64,000 bases of DNA, from positions 1-64,000 of the forward strand of contig JAFGAR010000146.1 in assembly GCA_016933575.1 (NCBI GenBank). Reading direction: 5' to 3'. The translations under genes were made by a program, and so were the position numbers. The stretch comes from Candidatus Thorarchaeota archaeon (GTDB taxonomy: Archaea > Asgardarchaeota > Thorarchaeia > Thorarchaeales > Thorarchaeaceae). This document shows, piece after piece, positions 7,869 to 17,561 of the stretch. Each line of letters opens with the position of its first letter. Positions within the stretch are counted from its first letter, which is position 1. The notes beneath the pieces were generated by a model, which was not told the DNA's origin, searched no databases, and saw nothing but the letters and a program-made list of their open reading frames with translations.

Positions 7869-10412
7869 ATGGATACTAGCAGGAAGATATTGAGCATCTT
7901 GCTCATGTGTGTACTTCTATTGAGTTTTGGAGCTTCAACAGAGATCCGAGACATCGGTTTCTTAGAATCTCCGACTAGCAAACCAAACAACCGTAGTACG
8001 CTATCAGAGGGTCTGGACCTCTATACCAACGAACCCTTGACGGGTTATGTTGAAGCCTGGTCTGATAATGCGACAAGTTCTGGAGTGGCATTCACTGGCA
8101 ATGTGATTGGAGAACCAGATAGTTTCAAAATGGAGATGGTGTTTCTAGAAGCATATGAATACGCCCTCCTGAAGATAAATGGCTCTATCATGAGTGATTC
8201 AATGACTCTCCATGGATGCGTGGATGAAGCAGGCTCCGATACAATCTTACAAGTCTACACTTGGATTGATGCTTATACAGAACCTGACCTCACAGGAGTC
8301 CCTGACGCCATTCCTAATGAAAACTGGGCAATTCTCTATACTTCTTTCTTGAGTAATGGAGACGTCTTTATGTTTTATGAGAATACTTCTATTGAGTATA
8401 TCCTTCTAGTAGGCCTAAGTTTTCCTGCTGGAATAGGGAGTTACCACGACTTTGATGCCATTGAGGTCCATGGTTATACAAATATCATGGCTGATGAACA
8501 GAATGATGGCATTCCGGATATCTGGCAGTACCCTGATGTTGTTATGAACAATGTATCTGTCGATGTTGACCTATTTGGTTATACTTGGGGGATTTCAGGC
8601 TTTATAGGAATTGCACCTGAAGGAAGCACAAATCTCGATTTTCTGACGCCTTTTATCAAGCTAGGTGTAATTGAACCTGAAGATGTCGATGAGACCCACT
8701 TCTATGTCATCTGTCAATGTGAACTTGCACTACCATGGGCCGGCAATGATATACACGCCCTAGATGTTCCATACTTGAACTTCTTGGGTTCATATGACCT
8801 GCTTAACATGACCTTCCTTTCTGAAAACATGACAGTATGGAACGAGCTTGTAAACGGATTTGATCGGTACATAGCTAACGATGGCAGGATTCGGACATAT
8901 CATTTCGCAGACTACACAGTGGATGGGTCTTTTGATCCTCACAACTACTATGGTGCAACTGGTCAGATTAATGCGGAATATAATATGCTAGATGTGAAGA
9001 CAAGCAGTCCTCAGAGCGTGAAAGAGGAGTTCGACCTTGATATCAGTATCGTTCTTGATATCATGGAGAATGTAATGGATGCAGTTCAGGGCGGATCGGA
9101 CTTGGTCAAGCAGTTCATGAGTAAGATCATAGGTTTCATTCAAGGGAAGATGCTTGATGGTATCGGAAAGGAGCTTCTCGAGAAGATAACAAAGAAGGCT
9201 CTCAAGACTGCTCTCAAGGCAATCCTGTCAATCACTACCATCAAAGACATCATAGTCAAGGGCTCAAAGATCTTAGAGAAATTTGGAGTCGAGCTTCCTG
9301 ATTGGCTCAGAAAGGCTCGTGACTTTGTTGACAGTATTCCATTCATTGATCCACCGGTGGAGATCTGGAAGGTACGTTTGACCTTTGTCAATGAGTCTAC
9401 TGACCTGCCTATTCTAGGGTACGATTACATAAACAATGTATCCATCTACTCCCATCCTCAGGGACTCTACTTTGGTGATACCTATAGTGCACAAGTGATT
9501 CTCTCCTCACGGGACATCTTTCCAGTGGTAGAAAGAATCCAATCAGTAAATGGGTCAAGGACCTTGACTGGGTATCTCTATGTTGAGGACATCGGAACAC
9601 TTGAGGCGACCATGGCTAAATCATCCCTCGAACCAGGTGAGGTAGCAAGAGGAAGAGTATATGGTGTACCTCCAAATGGTACCCTTGTCATCAGTCAGTG
9701 TCACATCTCAGTTGCATCAAGTCTTCCCTCTACCATTGAACTTGGGGTCCACCTCAATGTGTCACTAGCAGTGCATGATGAGAACGGCACATCACTGAAC
9801 AATGTATCAATAGCGCGTGCAGCAATCAACAACATGCCCGGATCCATGGTCCAGTTACCACTTGTGGCTGAAGCAGATGGCACACTTACACTGATGGTAG
9901 AAACGGAAAATCTCGGGGTATCTCTTGGCGACCACATGATTGCTGCTATCTACAAACCCACGGCAATGTTCCATGACTACTGGAACTTCACCTTTGTACT
10001 GGAAGACACTGTTGTTCCTGCATTTGATAATGTCACAGCTCAAGTCAGTGCGGATGGTACTACCATCACCTTCAGTGCAATCGTCACAGACTACGATCTG
10101 AACGCCAGTAGTGTTGTACTGAAGACCATTGATGGTTCCACTGACCTTGCTCTTGCTACATCTCATCTGATGACAAGCAATGGTACACACTATATTGTAG
10201 CTCTTACCTCCTCAAACTTTACTGCATTAACAGTCTACTACAGAGTAGAGGCATCTGATAATTCAGGAAATGCAGGACAGTCCACCTTGGAGTCAATTGC
10301 TCGAGGAACTCCATCCGAGCTTGGCCCGCTTGGAATCTTTCTCGCAGTTGGTATAGGTGCTGTAGTTACTGTTGGTCTCGTCGTCTACTTTGTCAAGCAC
10401 CCCAAGAGCTAA
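7869..10412 (+). CDS. Large cell-surface protein (signal peptide, internal amphipathic helical block, Ig-like domains, C-terminal TM anchor)
   Basis: Probable start ATG 7869 (MDTSRKILSILL...); EDTVVPAF...YRVEASDNSGN Ig-like unit; TM plus KHPKS tail. Confidence 0.8.
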   Translation: MDTSRKILSILLMCVLLLSFGASTEIRDIGFLESPTSKPNNRSTLSEGLDLYTNEPLTGYVEAWSDNATSSGVAFTGNVIGEPDSFKMEMVFLEAYEYALLKINGSIMSDSMTLHGCVDEAGSDTILQVYTWIDAYTEPDLTGVPDAIPNENWAILYTSFLSNGDVFMFYENTSIEYILLVGLSFPAGIGSYHDFDAIEVHGYTNIMADEQNDGIPDIWQYPDVVMNNVSVDVDLFGYTWGISGFIGIAPEGSTNLDFLTPFIKLGVIEPEDVDETHFYVICQCELALPWAGNDIHALDVPYLNFLGSYDLLNMTFLSENMTVWNELVNGFDRYIANDGRIRTYHFADYTVDGSFDPHNYYGATGQINAEYNMLDVKTSSPQSVKEEFDLDISIVLDIMENVMDAVQGGSDLVKQFMSKIIGFIQGKMLDGIGKELLEKITKKALKTALKAILSITTIKDIIVKGSKILEKFGVELPDWLRKARDFVDSIPFIDPPVEIWKVRLTFVNESTDLPILGYDYINNVSIYSHPQGLYFGDTYSAQVILSSRDIFPVVERIQSVNGSRTLTGYLYVEDIGTLEATMAKSSLEPGEVARGRVYGVPPNGTLVISQCHISVASSLPSTIELGVHLNVSLAVHDENGTSLNNVSIARAAINNMPGSMVQLPLVAEADGTLTLMVETENLGVSLGDHMIAAIYKPTAMFHDYWNFTFVLEDTVVPAFDNVTAQVSADGTTITFSAIVTDYDLNASSVVLKTIDGSTDLALATSHLMTSNGTHYIVALTSSNFTALTVYYRVEASDNSGNAGQSTLESIARGTPSELGPLGIFLAVGIGAVVTVGLVVYFVKHPKS

Positions 10413-10417
10413 GATTC

Positions 10418-11581
10418 TCAGACATATGGCAGGATGACTAGATACACTCCTGCCTTCTGTCTTTTTATCAGATTAGAGATTGTGACTGCTGCGATTATCA
10501 GAGTTACACCTATGACAGCGCCGCTTCCAAGCACGAGTAACATGAATCCCGAATCCGATGAATTCCGTACTACAAACGCTAGGACATCAGTAAAGTTACA
10601 ACTATTGCCAAAGATATCTTGAGTGAAAATATCTACCGTGTAGTTTCCCTCTCCAAACGGTTCCAAGCATGCCTCATATTGTGCTTGCGATACATTCTCC
10701 AACATCACCGTGCGATATGGCTCTGTGGAGTTTCTATCTCCTGTGCCCAAATCAATTGCGTAGAATCTGGCAACAACCTGATCCACCCCTGATTCCTCTA
10801 GAATGTCTACAATGAGACTAGAATTGTCATTAGTGGTCAGCTCAATAGGATCTAGCTGTACTGAGGTCACATCAGGCGCGTTCTCCTCAAAGACTCCAAT
10901 TGCCCTTGCGATTGCCTCGCACATATCGGGACGATAGAATCGACTTCGGACAGTAGTGACGATATTGCCGTCAATAACTGGAGGTACATCGCCCGGGATA
11001 TAATTTGCTCCTGCTGCGATATACTCAGATGCAAAACTTGCATGTCCGGAGACATTCTTCCCGTTGATGACACCCGCTGCCGCTAGGACTCTGACAGCCT
11101 TGCACCATGCACTGACAACTATTCCCATATCCGCTGCAGATTTGATGAGATCCAGAGCAGCTTGCGAGTTGAGAAGTCCTTCATGGCTCTCTCCTGGCAT
11201 GATTGAGATAGCATCATAGTCTGAGAGGCTCGAGACCTCAGAGATGAGCATATCCATGTCTAATGTTGCCGAACTGGATTGGTAGTCACATGGCTCTATG
11301 GTCATCTCAGTCCCAGTAAGGGTCACTTCCCATCCCCATCCCTCAAGGATTGGGCGGATGAAGTGATAGTTCGCTCCATAATCATTGTCCATGATGAACA
11401 GGATCTTTACATCATTCGTAGACTTGGTCTCTGTTATGGTGACCTTTGATAGGTCCATTATCACGCTCCCATCTCTCATCTCGTAAGATATGGGTCCTGT
11501 TGTCATCAAGACAAGGGTAAGAATAGTAAGAATTATGACACTCCTACGTTTGTTACTCAACATCATGCAATCAGGAAACAA
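10418..11581 (-). CDS. Surface-anchored DJ-1/PfpI-family protein
   Basis: YDAISIMPG, VSAWCKA nucleophile elbow, VIDGNIVT; N-terminal signal and C-terminal TM. Confidence 0.8.
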   Translation of the reverse strand: MFPDCMMLSNKRRSVIILTILTLVLMTTGPISYEMRDGSVIMDLSKVTITETKSTNDVKILFIMDNDYGANYHFIRPILEGWGWEVTLTGTEMTIEPCDYQSSSATLDMDMLISEVSSLSDYDAISIMPGESHEGLLNSQAALDLIKSAADMGIVVSAWCKAVRVLAAAGVINGKNVSGHASFASEYIAAGANYIPGDVPPVIDGNIVTTVRSRFYRPDMCEAIARAIGVFEENAPDVTSVQLDPIELTTNDNSSLIVDILEESGVDQVVARFYAIDLGTGDRNSTEPYRTVMLENVSQAQYEACLEPFGEGNYTVDIFTQDIFGNSCNFTDVLAFVVRNSSDSGFMLLVLGSGAVIGVTLIIAAVTISNLIKRQKAGVYLVILPYV

Positions 11582-11944
11582 ATTGGTTCACCCTTTTCTT
11601 CGTGGAATGTTGAAAATTCAACTAATAATAGGATGATAGTTCGAAGCAACTTTTTCTGAATGAGGTTTTAGGAAACAAGATATACCTCGTATGCTCTTTT
11701 AGAATGAAGTGATGTTCCTATCCACTGTGGGAAGCGTGTCCGTTTGTTAAGTTCTGTAAATATTCAACAATCGTGATTCTCTCTGTGAGTCGCTCTTCTT
11801 CATTCTACGCCCATAGAACGAGCCCTAACAGCCTCTAGTCTCGAAATAATGCTCTGATATAAAAGTAACATATTATATGATAATTTTTTACTAATTAACC
11901 ACAGGGACAATACTGCGGAGGAATAGTATCCGAGGACAAAAAAA

Positions 11945-12568
11945 ATGGCAAATACTTCGAACTCCCCTCTCATGGAAGAGAATGTGACCTTTGCTCCAGC
12001 AGCTGGTAAATCCCGCCTGACCAAGGCTCTTGTAGCAGGTTCTGGAGCTGTAGGAAAGACCACTCTTGTGCGAGTACTGAAAGAAGGTAAATCGATCAAC
12101 GAGTCTAACTCTACTCAGGAGTATCATAGAACCCCCTTTCTCGAGCTTGAAACCATCAAAGTTGAGAGAGTTGGTGGGACCGGGTCCAGTGGCATCTATC
12201 TCTTGGTAGATGTGGCAGGACAACTAGACCAGCCAATTCATGCTATCCGAGACCTCAGTAAGATTGCGCTGGGGAGTGTTGAGTTGGTATTCTTGATATT
12301 CTCTGCTGAGAACCTCCAATCTCTGTTAGACCTTAGGGACTGGGTCTCTTTGATCAAGACCCAATACAAAGAGGTCCCTGGGAAGGAACTGAAGTTCGTG
12401 CTTATCATGAACAAGTGCGACCTGGGGAGTTGTTTTGATTCTGAGCTAGTATCGAGATTCATCCAGTCTGAACCTATGATCTCGGGATATTTTGAGGTCA
12501 GTTGTAAGAGCGGTGACGGAATCTCGGAACTGCAAACTTGGCTAGTAAAAAATGTGACATCAGAATAA
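11945..12568 (+). CDS. Ras/Rab-like small GTPase
   Basis: G1 GSGAVGKT, G2 T, G3 DVAGQ, G4 NKCD, G5 SCK. Confidence 0.9.
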   Translation: MANTSNSPLMEENVTFAPAAGKSRLTKALVAGSGAVGKTTLVRVLKEGKSINESNSTQEYHRTPFLELETIKVERVGGTGSSGIYLLVDVAGQLDQPIHAIRDLSKIALGSVELVFLIFSAENLQSLLDLRDWVSLIKTQYKEVPGKELKFVLIMNKCDLGSCFDSELVSRFIQSEPMISGYFEVSCKSGDGISELQTWLVKNVTSE

Positions 12569-12587
12569 ACAAGGAGCTTTCGACCAG

Positions 12588-13508
12588 ATGACATTGGCAA
12601 GTAACATTACTGAATTCAAATGTAGAGTGTGCGGCAAGCAGATACAATTTGACCCTAAAGATCCATCCTCGTACCTATCAAAGTCAGAGCATGAGGATTT
12701 CTTTGGGATGAAACTCACAACATTTCGCATTGCTCACGATTCAAAAGATGAACGTCACTACAATACTGTGATTGTTGATCAAGCTGGATTCTTCAGGGGT
12801 CATAGAGATGCATACACTGAACCTATTAACGAACTTAAACCATCTTTTGATAGAGAATACTGGGTATTCCATGAAGAAGGTCCAACCATCGAGAAGACGC
12901 ACAATGTTGCTCTTGCGGTTCTCATCAGTAGGAGTGACCGTTGGGTGATCGATATTGTATGTCCGAGGAATCTGAATGCATCTCATATAGCAACTCTCGT
13001 AGTAGATCGAGTTGAGGAGGCATGGCGTGTATATGATTCCATCCCCCGGCCACTGGACATGAGAGTTGCTGACATGGAGATGAAGGTATGGTCTTCTGAA
13101 TCTCGAGTATTGTGTGTTTGTTTTACAAACGGTTCATTGATGAAATCGATAGATTCTGTTGCTGAGCATATCGTGAATGAGCGCGATGGTTCAATCATCC
13201 CACGAAGAAGGAATCTGAATGTCATATTTCGGATTCTCGAGAGTGATTCTAATCTAGACCCATCGATACTCTCACGAATTATCAACGAGGATATGCTATT
13301 CGCCACACTTCACACACCTTATGAAGATAGGATTCCCAGCATTGTGGAAAGAACTGCATCAAGATATCCTATTGCTGGGGAGCTATTGGGTCCACTATTG
13401 CGTGGTTACATTACATTGATCGAAGCTCTTGAGGGCGATTTCAGTTCAAGATACAAGGAAGTCTTTGAGTTGATTGATTTTGTTAACCGGAGACGAATAT
13501 TGGGATAG
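12588..13508 (+). CDS. Hypothetical protein with N-terminal CxxC/His metal-binding module and C-terminal wHTH-like helices
   Basis: CRVC...H...H; operonic spacing with GTPase (19 nt) and MTase (8 nt). Confidence 0.7.
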   Translation: MTLASNITEFKCRVCGKQIQFDPKDPSSYLSKSEHEDFFGMKLTTFRIAHDSKDERHYNTVIVDQAGFFRGHRDAYTEPINELKPSFDREYWVFHEEGPTIEKTHNVALAVLISRSDRWVIDIVCPRNLNASHIATLVVDRVEEAWRVYDSIPRPLDMRVADMEMKVWSSESRVLCVCFTNGSLMKSIDSVAEHIVNERDGSIIPRRRNLNVIFRILESDSNLDPSILSRIINEDMLFATLHTPYEDRIPSIVERTASRYPIAGELLGPLLRGYITLIEALEGDFSSRYKEVFELIDFVNRRRILG

Positions 13509-13516
13509 ATTTTGGA

Positions 13517-14569
13517 GTGAGTAAAATGCTACCGACAATAGGTGCTTGGACAGAACTTTTGAAAATTGGTGGCACTGGCCGTACCAGGAAGAAGGAGTTA
13601 CGAGCATATTATCGTGCACTCTCCTTCAATGTTTTGAGAAAAGAGGGTTTGTTTGATTTTCTAGTAACACCACAGTCAGTTCAGAGTATTGCTAATCGTT
13701 TTGGATATACAGATATTCAATTTCTCACCAAATACTTGGATGCTTACACAGAAGATGAAATACTAATTAGAGAAAACGGAACTTATCGAACTAACGGCAT
13801 TATCAAAGAATTCGCTGTTATCGCTCCTGATATTTTCAATCCAGGACTCCAACAGATAGCTTCTGATGGAGCCGCAGCTATTCCTGATCGACTAAGAGGG
13901 CAATATTCAACCTTCTCAGATGAGATGAACACTTTCAACTGGGATGATGCTCTTCAATTAAAGATGTACGATCATATACGGAATGCTGCTTTTGGATATT
14001 CAGGGGCCTTGAAGAGACGGGGTAAATTCATTGATGTTGGATGTGGTAATGGGGTTGGAACAGCGGCAATCTGGGGCAAATTCTACAAGAGAGGTGCTTT
14101 CGAATCAGGTAATCCTATGAAAATGTATGCATTGGAATACGACCCAAATCTAAAGCAAATAGCAGAGGAGGAGTTTCCGTTATCTGTTTCCCGTTTGTTT
14201 AATATTGATCGTACTATCATTGATAATCTATCCCCACACTACCCTACTTTCGTTCAAGGTTCTGCTGAGGAGCTGCCTTTCGAGGACGAATTCTTTGATA
14301 TGGTATATACATCTCAAGTTCTGCACTGGTGTGACGCTGAGAGAGCAACCAAGGAAATGATGCGAATTCTAAAACCTGGCGGGCTTTTCTTTGGTACTGA
14401 AGCTTTTTACCCAATGCTCGATATCTATGTTGAGCTCAATGTTCTGCTCAACGAAGGGGCTCATGGGGCAATTATGAAGGAGGAATTTATTCGATGGGTC
14501 AAAGAGGCTGGAGCTTCTGAGGTGAAAACTGCAACTCCAGCAGGTCTGTTTAAAGTTCTAAAATCCTGA
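13517..14569 (+). CDS. Class I SAM-dependent methyltransferase with N-terminal wHTH-like domain (paralog 1)
   Basis: FIDVGCGNG, GSAEELPFEDEFFDMV, LHW, LKPGG. Confidence 0.9.
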   Translation: MSKMLPTIGAWTELLKIGGTGRTRKKELRAYYRALSFNVLRKEGLFDFLVTPQSVQSIANRFGYTDIQFLTKYLDAYTEDEILIRENGTYRTNGIIKEFAVIAPDIFNPGLQQIASDGAAAIPDRLRGQYSTFSDEMNTFNWDDALQLKMYDHIRNAAFGYSGALKRRGKFIDVGCGNGVGTAAIWGKFYKRGAFESGNPMKMYALEYDPNLKQIAEEEFPLSVSRLFNIDRTIIDNLSPHYPTFVQGSAEELPFEDEFFDMVYTSQVLHWCDAERATKEMMRILKPGGLFFGTEAFYPMLDIYVELNVLLNEGAHGAIMKEEFIRWVKEAGASEVKTATPAGLFKVLKS

Positions 14570-14665
14570 TTTGACTAAAGGAGATATCAACATGGGTCAA
14601 AGAATAGCTACCTGTGAACAACTTTTCAAAATGGATGATATAGAAATAGGGCGTGTGATGAAATA

Positions 14666-15706
14666 ATGTTGTCAACAATTGGTGCATGGGCGGAAATTAT
14701 CTGGTTACTTACTTCAAAGGACAGAGTAAAGATGGTACATGAATACCATCAAGCACTCTCTGTCAATGCAATGAGAAGAGAGGGTTGGTTTGACTACATG
14801 AGGATGCCACAGACTGTCGAGGACCTCATGGATCATTTTGGATACACTGACTTTCCATATCTCATGAAATTTCTAGATGCATTTGTTCATGATGGAATTT
14901 TGATTAGAGAAAATGGAACCTACCGTACTAATGGTCCTATTGCTGAATATCCAATCAACCCTCCTGATATATTCAATGCGGGAATATTGCAGGTACATGC
15001 CGATGCATTAAATGCAGTTCCTAATAGACTGAAAGGAGTCTATACCACCTTCTCAGATGAGATGAACACGTTCAATTGGGATGATACGCTCCAGTTAAAG
15101 ATGTATGATAAAATCAGAAAAGCCGCATTCAGATTTACAGATGCTCTCAAGAGAAGTGGTACATTTCTTGATGTTGGCTGTGGCAATGGGGTTGGAACAG
15201 CAGCAATCTGGGGGTACTACTACAAGAAAGGTGTATTCACTTCAAACAATCCCGTAAAGATTTACGGATTGGAATATGACCCAAATCTTATGCAGATTGC
15301 AGATGCAGAATTTGCCATTTCAGCATCTCGTTTACTCGGTGTGGATCGTAGTGTTATCGATGCTCTTAAGGAACATCACCCCGTCTTTGTTCAGGGAAAC
15401 GCTGAGGAGTTACCTTTCGAGGACGAGTTCTTTGATATGGTATACACATCTCAAGTTCTGCACTGGTGTGATGCAAAGAAAGCAACCCAAGATATTCTGA
15501 GAGTTCTCAAACCTGGTGGTCTCTTCTTTGGTACTGAAGCATTTTATCCAATACTTGATCCCCACATTGAGCTATTCATCCTACTCAATGAGGGTGCTTA
15601 TGGTGCTATCAAGAAGGAAGACTTCTTCCAATGGGCTAAAGAGGCTGGAGCTTCCACAGCAAAATCAGCAACGCCTGCTGGTGTCTTCAAAGTTGTGAAG
15701 AATTAA
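14666..15706 (+). CDS. Class I SAM-dependent methyltransferase (paralog 2)
   Basis: FLDVGCGNG, GNAEELPF, LKPGG; colinear with paralog 1. Confidence 0.9.
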   Translation: MLSTIGAWAEIIWLLTSKDRVKMVHEYHQALSVNAMRREGWFDYMRMPQTVEDLMDHFGYTDFPYLMKFLDAFVHDGILIRENGTYRTNGPIAEYPINPPDIFNAGILQVHADALNAVPNRLKGVYTTFSDEMNTFNWDDTLQLKMYDKIRKAAFRFTDALKRSGTFLDVGCGNGVGTAAIWGYYYKKGVFTSNNPVKIYGLEYDPNLMQIADAEFAISASRLLGVDRSVIDALKEHHPVFVQGNAEELPFEDEFFDMVYTSQVLHWCDAKKATQDILRVLKPGGLFFGTEAFYPILDPHIELFILLNEGAYGAIKKEDFFQWAKEAGASTAKSATPAGVFKVVKN

Positions 15707-15830
15707 TCAATGGAGATTGGGGGCTACTAATACGAAAGGAAGACTTCGTGAATTGACCAGCAGAACACAGGACTACAAGAGTCGAATTTACCGCTCCTTT
15801 GGCTTCAATAAGGTTTACAAGAATTCATGT
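15704..15830 (+). pseudogene. Decayed C-terminal fragment of a third methyltransferase copy
   Basis: Translates LINGDWGLLIRKEDFVN*PAE...TAP versus LLNEGAYGAIKKEDFFQWAKE...ATP; TGA in place of Trp. Confidence 0.5.
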
Positions 15831-15929
15831 ATTGTGTTGATGTGAAATCGATGGTAAGTATTGGAGTATGATACCCACACTATGACAACACTGGTACTAC
15901 AAGAGCTTGATTCAGGAGTGTAGATGTAG

Positions 15930-17081
15930 ATGCTACAGGTGCCAATCTATTGGAATCCATTCACTATGCTAAACACAGTCTACGCGCTTGCAAACGTCAT
16001 ACCCCTGCTGATAATCGCGTTCATAGTCTATCATCGAGATCCGACTTCCAAGATTAACAGACTGTTCTCCTTGGGTTCTGCATTGTTCGCTCTTGCTTAT
16101 GCGCTATTCCCCATCGGTGGTCTGTTCTGGAATGTTTCGATTCTCAGTGTTCAAGTCATCCTTATCTCGACCAGACTCGTCTTCTTTATCGGATTCATCA
16201 GTCAGGTTGTTCTGTGCTGGGTAGCACTAGCTCTCTATGAAGGCGAAGCGATGTGGAGCCGGAGGAGAACAGTCTTTTTTGCTGGTAGCTTGATTCTCAT
16301 CAATCTTGTTGGGGTTCTTACCCCTGACGCTATCTATATCATCAACGGCCCACCAGAGATTGATACTGGAGAGGGGCTTATCTACAGTCTCTTGGGATAT
16401 CCTCTGATTGCTCTTCTCATCACTGTTTCACTTGTGACCTTCTCGAAAACATATTTCGAATTTCATAAAGAAGACCGAATAATTGGGCGTCAGGCGATGG
16501 TGCTGACTATTGGCACCTCTCTTGAATTCACTGCTATGCTCACAGGACTTCTCTCATTGTTACTCCTCATGCATTCTCTCACCTTTCTCGTCTTTGCTGT
16601 CGCCTCCACGGCAACAGTTGTGAAGTCGTTTGGATTTACGCAAGAGGCAAGTCTTGTGAAACTTAAGGTGACCAGTGAACTTCGAAGGATGAAGATTGCT
16701 ATCTCCAAAGGGCAGATTGAACGAGCTGAATTGCAGTTGAAGTTTATCAAGGACCTGGTCGCCCGAGAGAAGTCCATTGTAGCGAATGCACGGATGTTGA
16801 CACTGGAAGGATTAGTGAAGACCTATCAAGCCGACATACCATCTGCTCGTCTTGCCTTCAATGACGCAAAAGAGCTTGCAGAGAATGAGCACCTAACTGG
16901 CCTCTTAAACGAGATTGATGATCATATTGAACATTTACAAGTCTATGAAACTATGTTGACAATCAGCGAATCTGTCACGATTCCCCACAATTATACAAAC
17001 GAAGCAGAAGAAATAGAACGTGCATTAGCATACCTTGATGAGATAACCAAAAGCCCAGATATCATCTTTGAGAGAACATAA
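15930..17081 (+). CDS. 7-TM membrane protein (HisKA_7TM-like) with cytoplasmic TPR-like helical tail
   Basis: About seven hydrophobic helices with P-x-S-K-I-N-R-L-F loop; helical C-terminus; no kinase motifs. Confidence 0.7.
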   Translation: MLQVPIYWNPFTMLNTVYALANVIPLLIIAFIVYHRDPTSKINRLFSLGSALFALAYALFPIGGLFWNVSILSVQVILISTRLVFFIGFISQVVLCWVALALYEGEAMWSRRRTVFFAGSLILINLVGVLTPDAIYIINGPPEIDTGEGLIYSLLGYPLIALLITVSLVTFSKTYFEFHKEDRIIGRQAMVLTIGTSLEFTAMLTGLLSLLLLMHSLTFLVFAVASTATVVKSFGFTQEASLVKLKVTSELRRMKIAISKGQIERAELQLKFIKDLVAREKSIVANARMLTLEGLVKTYQADIPSARLAFNDAKELAENEHLTGLLNEIDDHIEHLQVYETMLTISESVTIPHNYTNEAEEIERALAYLDEITKSPDIIFERT

Positions 17082-17181
17082 GTGCTCCAGAGGTACTCGA
17101 CCCACTTACGGATAATCGTATTGCACCGCACTGTGGTCCTCGTTCTGTAGGGAGTCTGTCATCACGTATTTGATTTTAGAT

Positions 17182-17514
17182 CTAGGGGATGGCTTCCGAT
17201 TGTTTTTGCGCCGCCTTCGGACCATAATATAAACCAATTAGAAATGCGATGATGAGTAGTAAAATCATATTGAAATAGATACCAAAGCCAGCTTGTTCGA
17301 AGGGGAAGATACTTGGTGTAATGTTTAGTACAACATGAAATGCTGCTCCCGTGAAGATAGATCCATTATTGTTATTGTACAGCCAGGTCATTATGATAGA
17401 GAGTGTGGTTGTGTTAGTAATGAAAAGCCAGAATGGTTTGTTTGCATAGGCCTCGATTCCTAAATCCGAAGATAAGTTACGATAGTAATTTGAGGATAGA
17501 GATTTATTAGTCAC
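17182..17514 (-). pseudogene. C-terminal half of a CPBP (Abi/CAAX) protease
   Basis: TWLYNNNNGSIFTGAAFHVVLN motif present; EExxxR motif absent. Confidence 0.6.
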
Positions 17515-17561
17515 GAATCTGTGCGCATCCAGAAATTTCCAATAATAAGGAGAGAGTCTGT

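Noticed and set aside
11646-11669. Possible sixth repeat copy (AACTTTTTCTGAATGAGG)
   Set aside because: Only the ATGAGG end matches well; too degenerate to call by eye.
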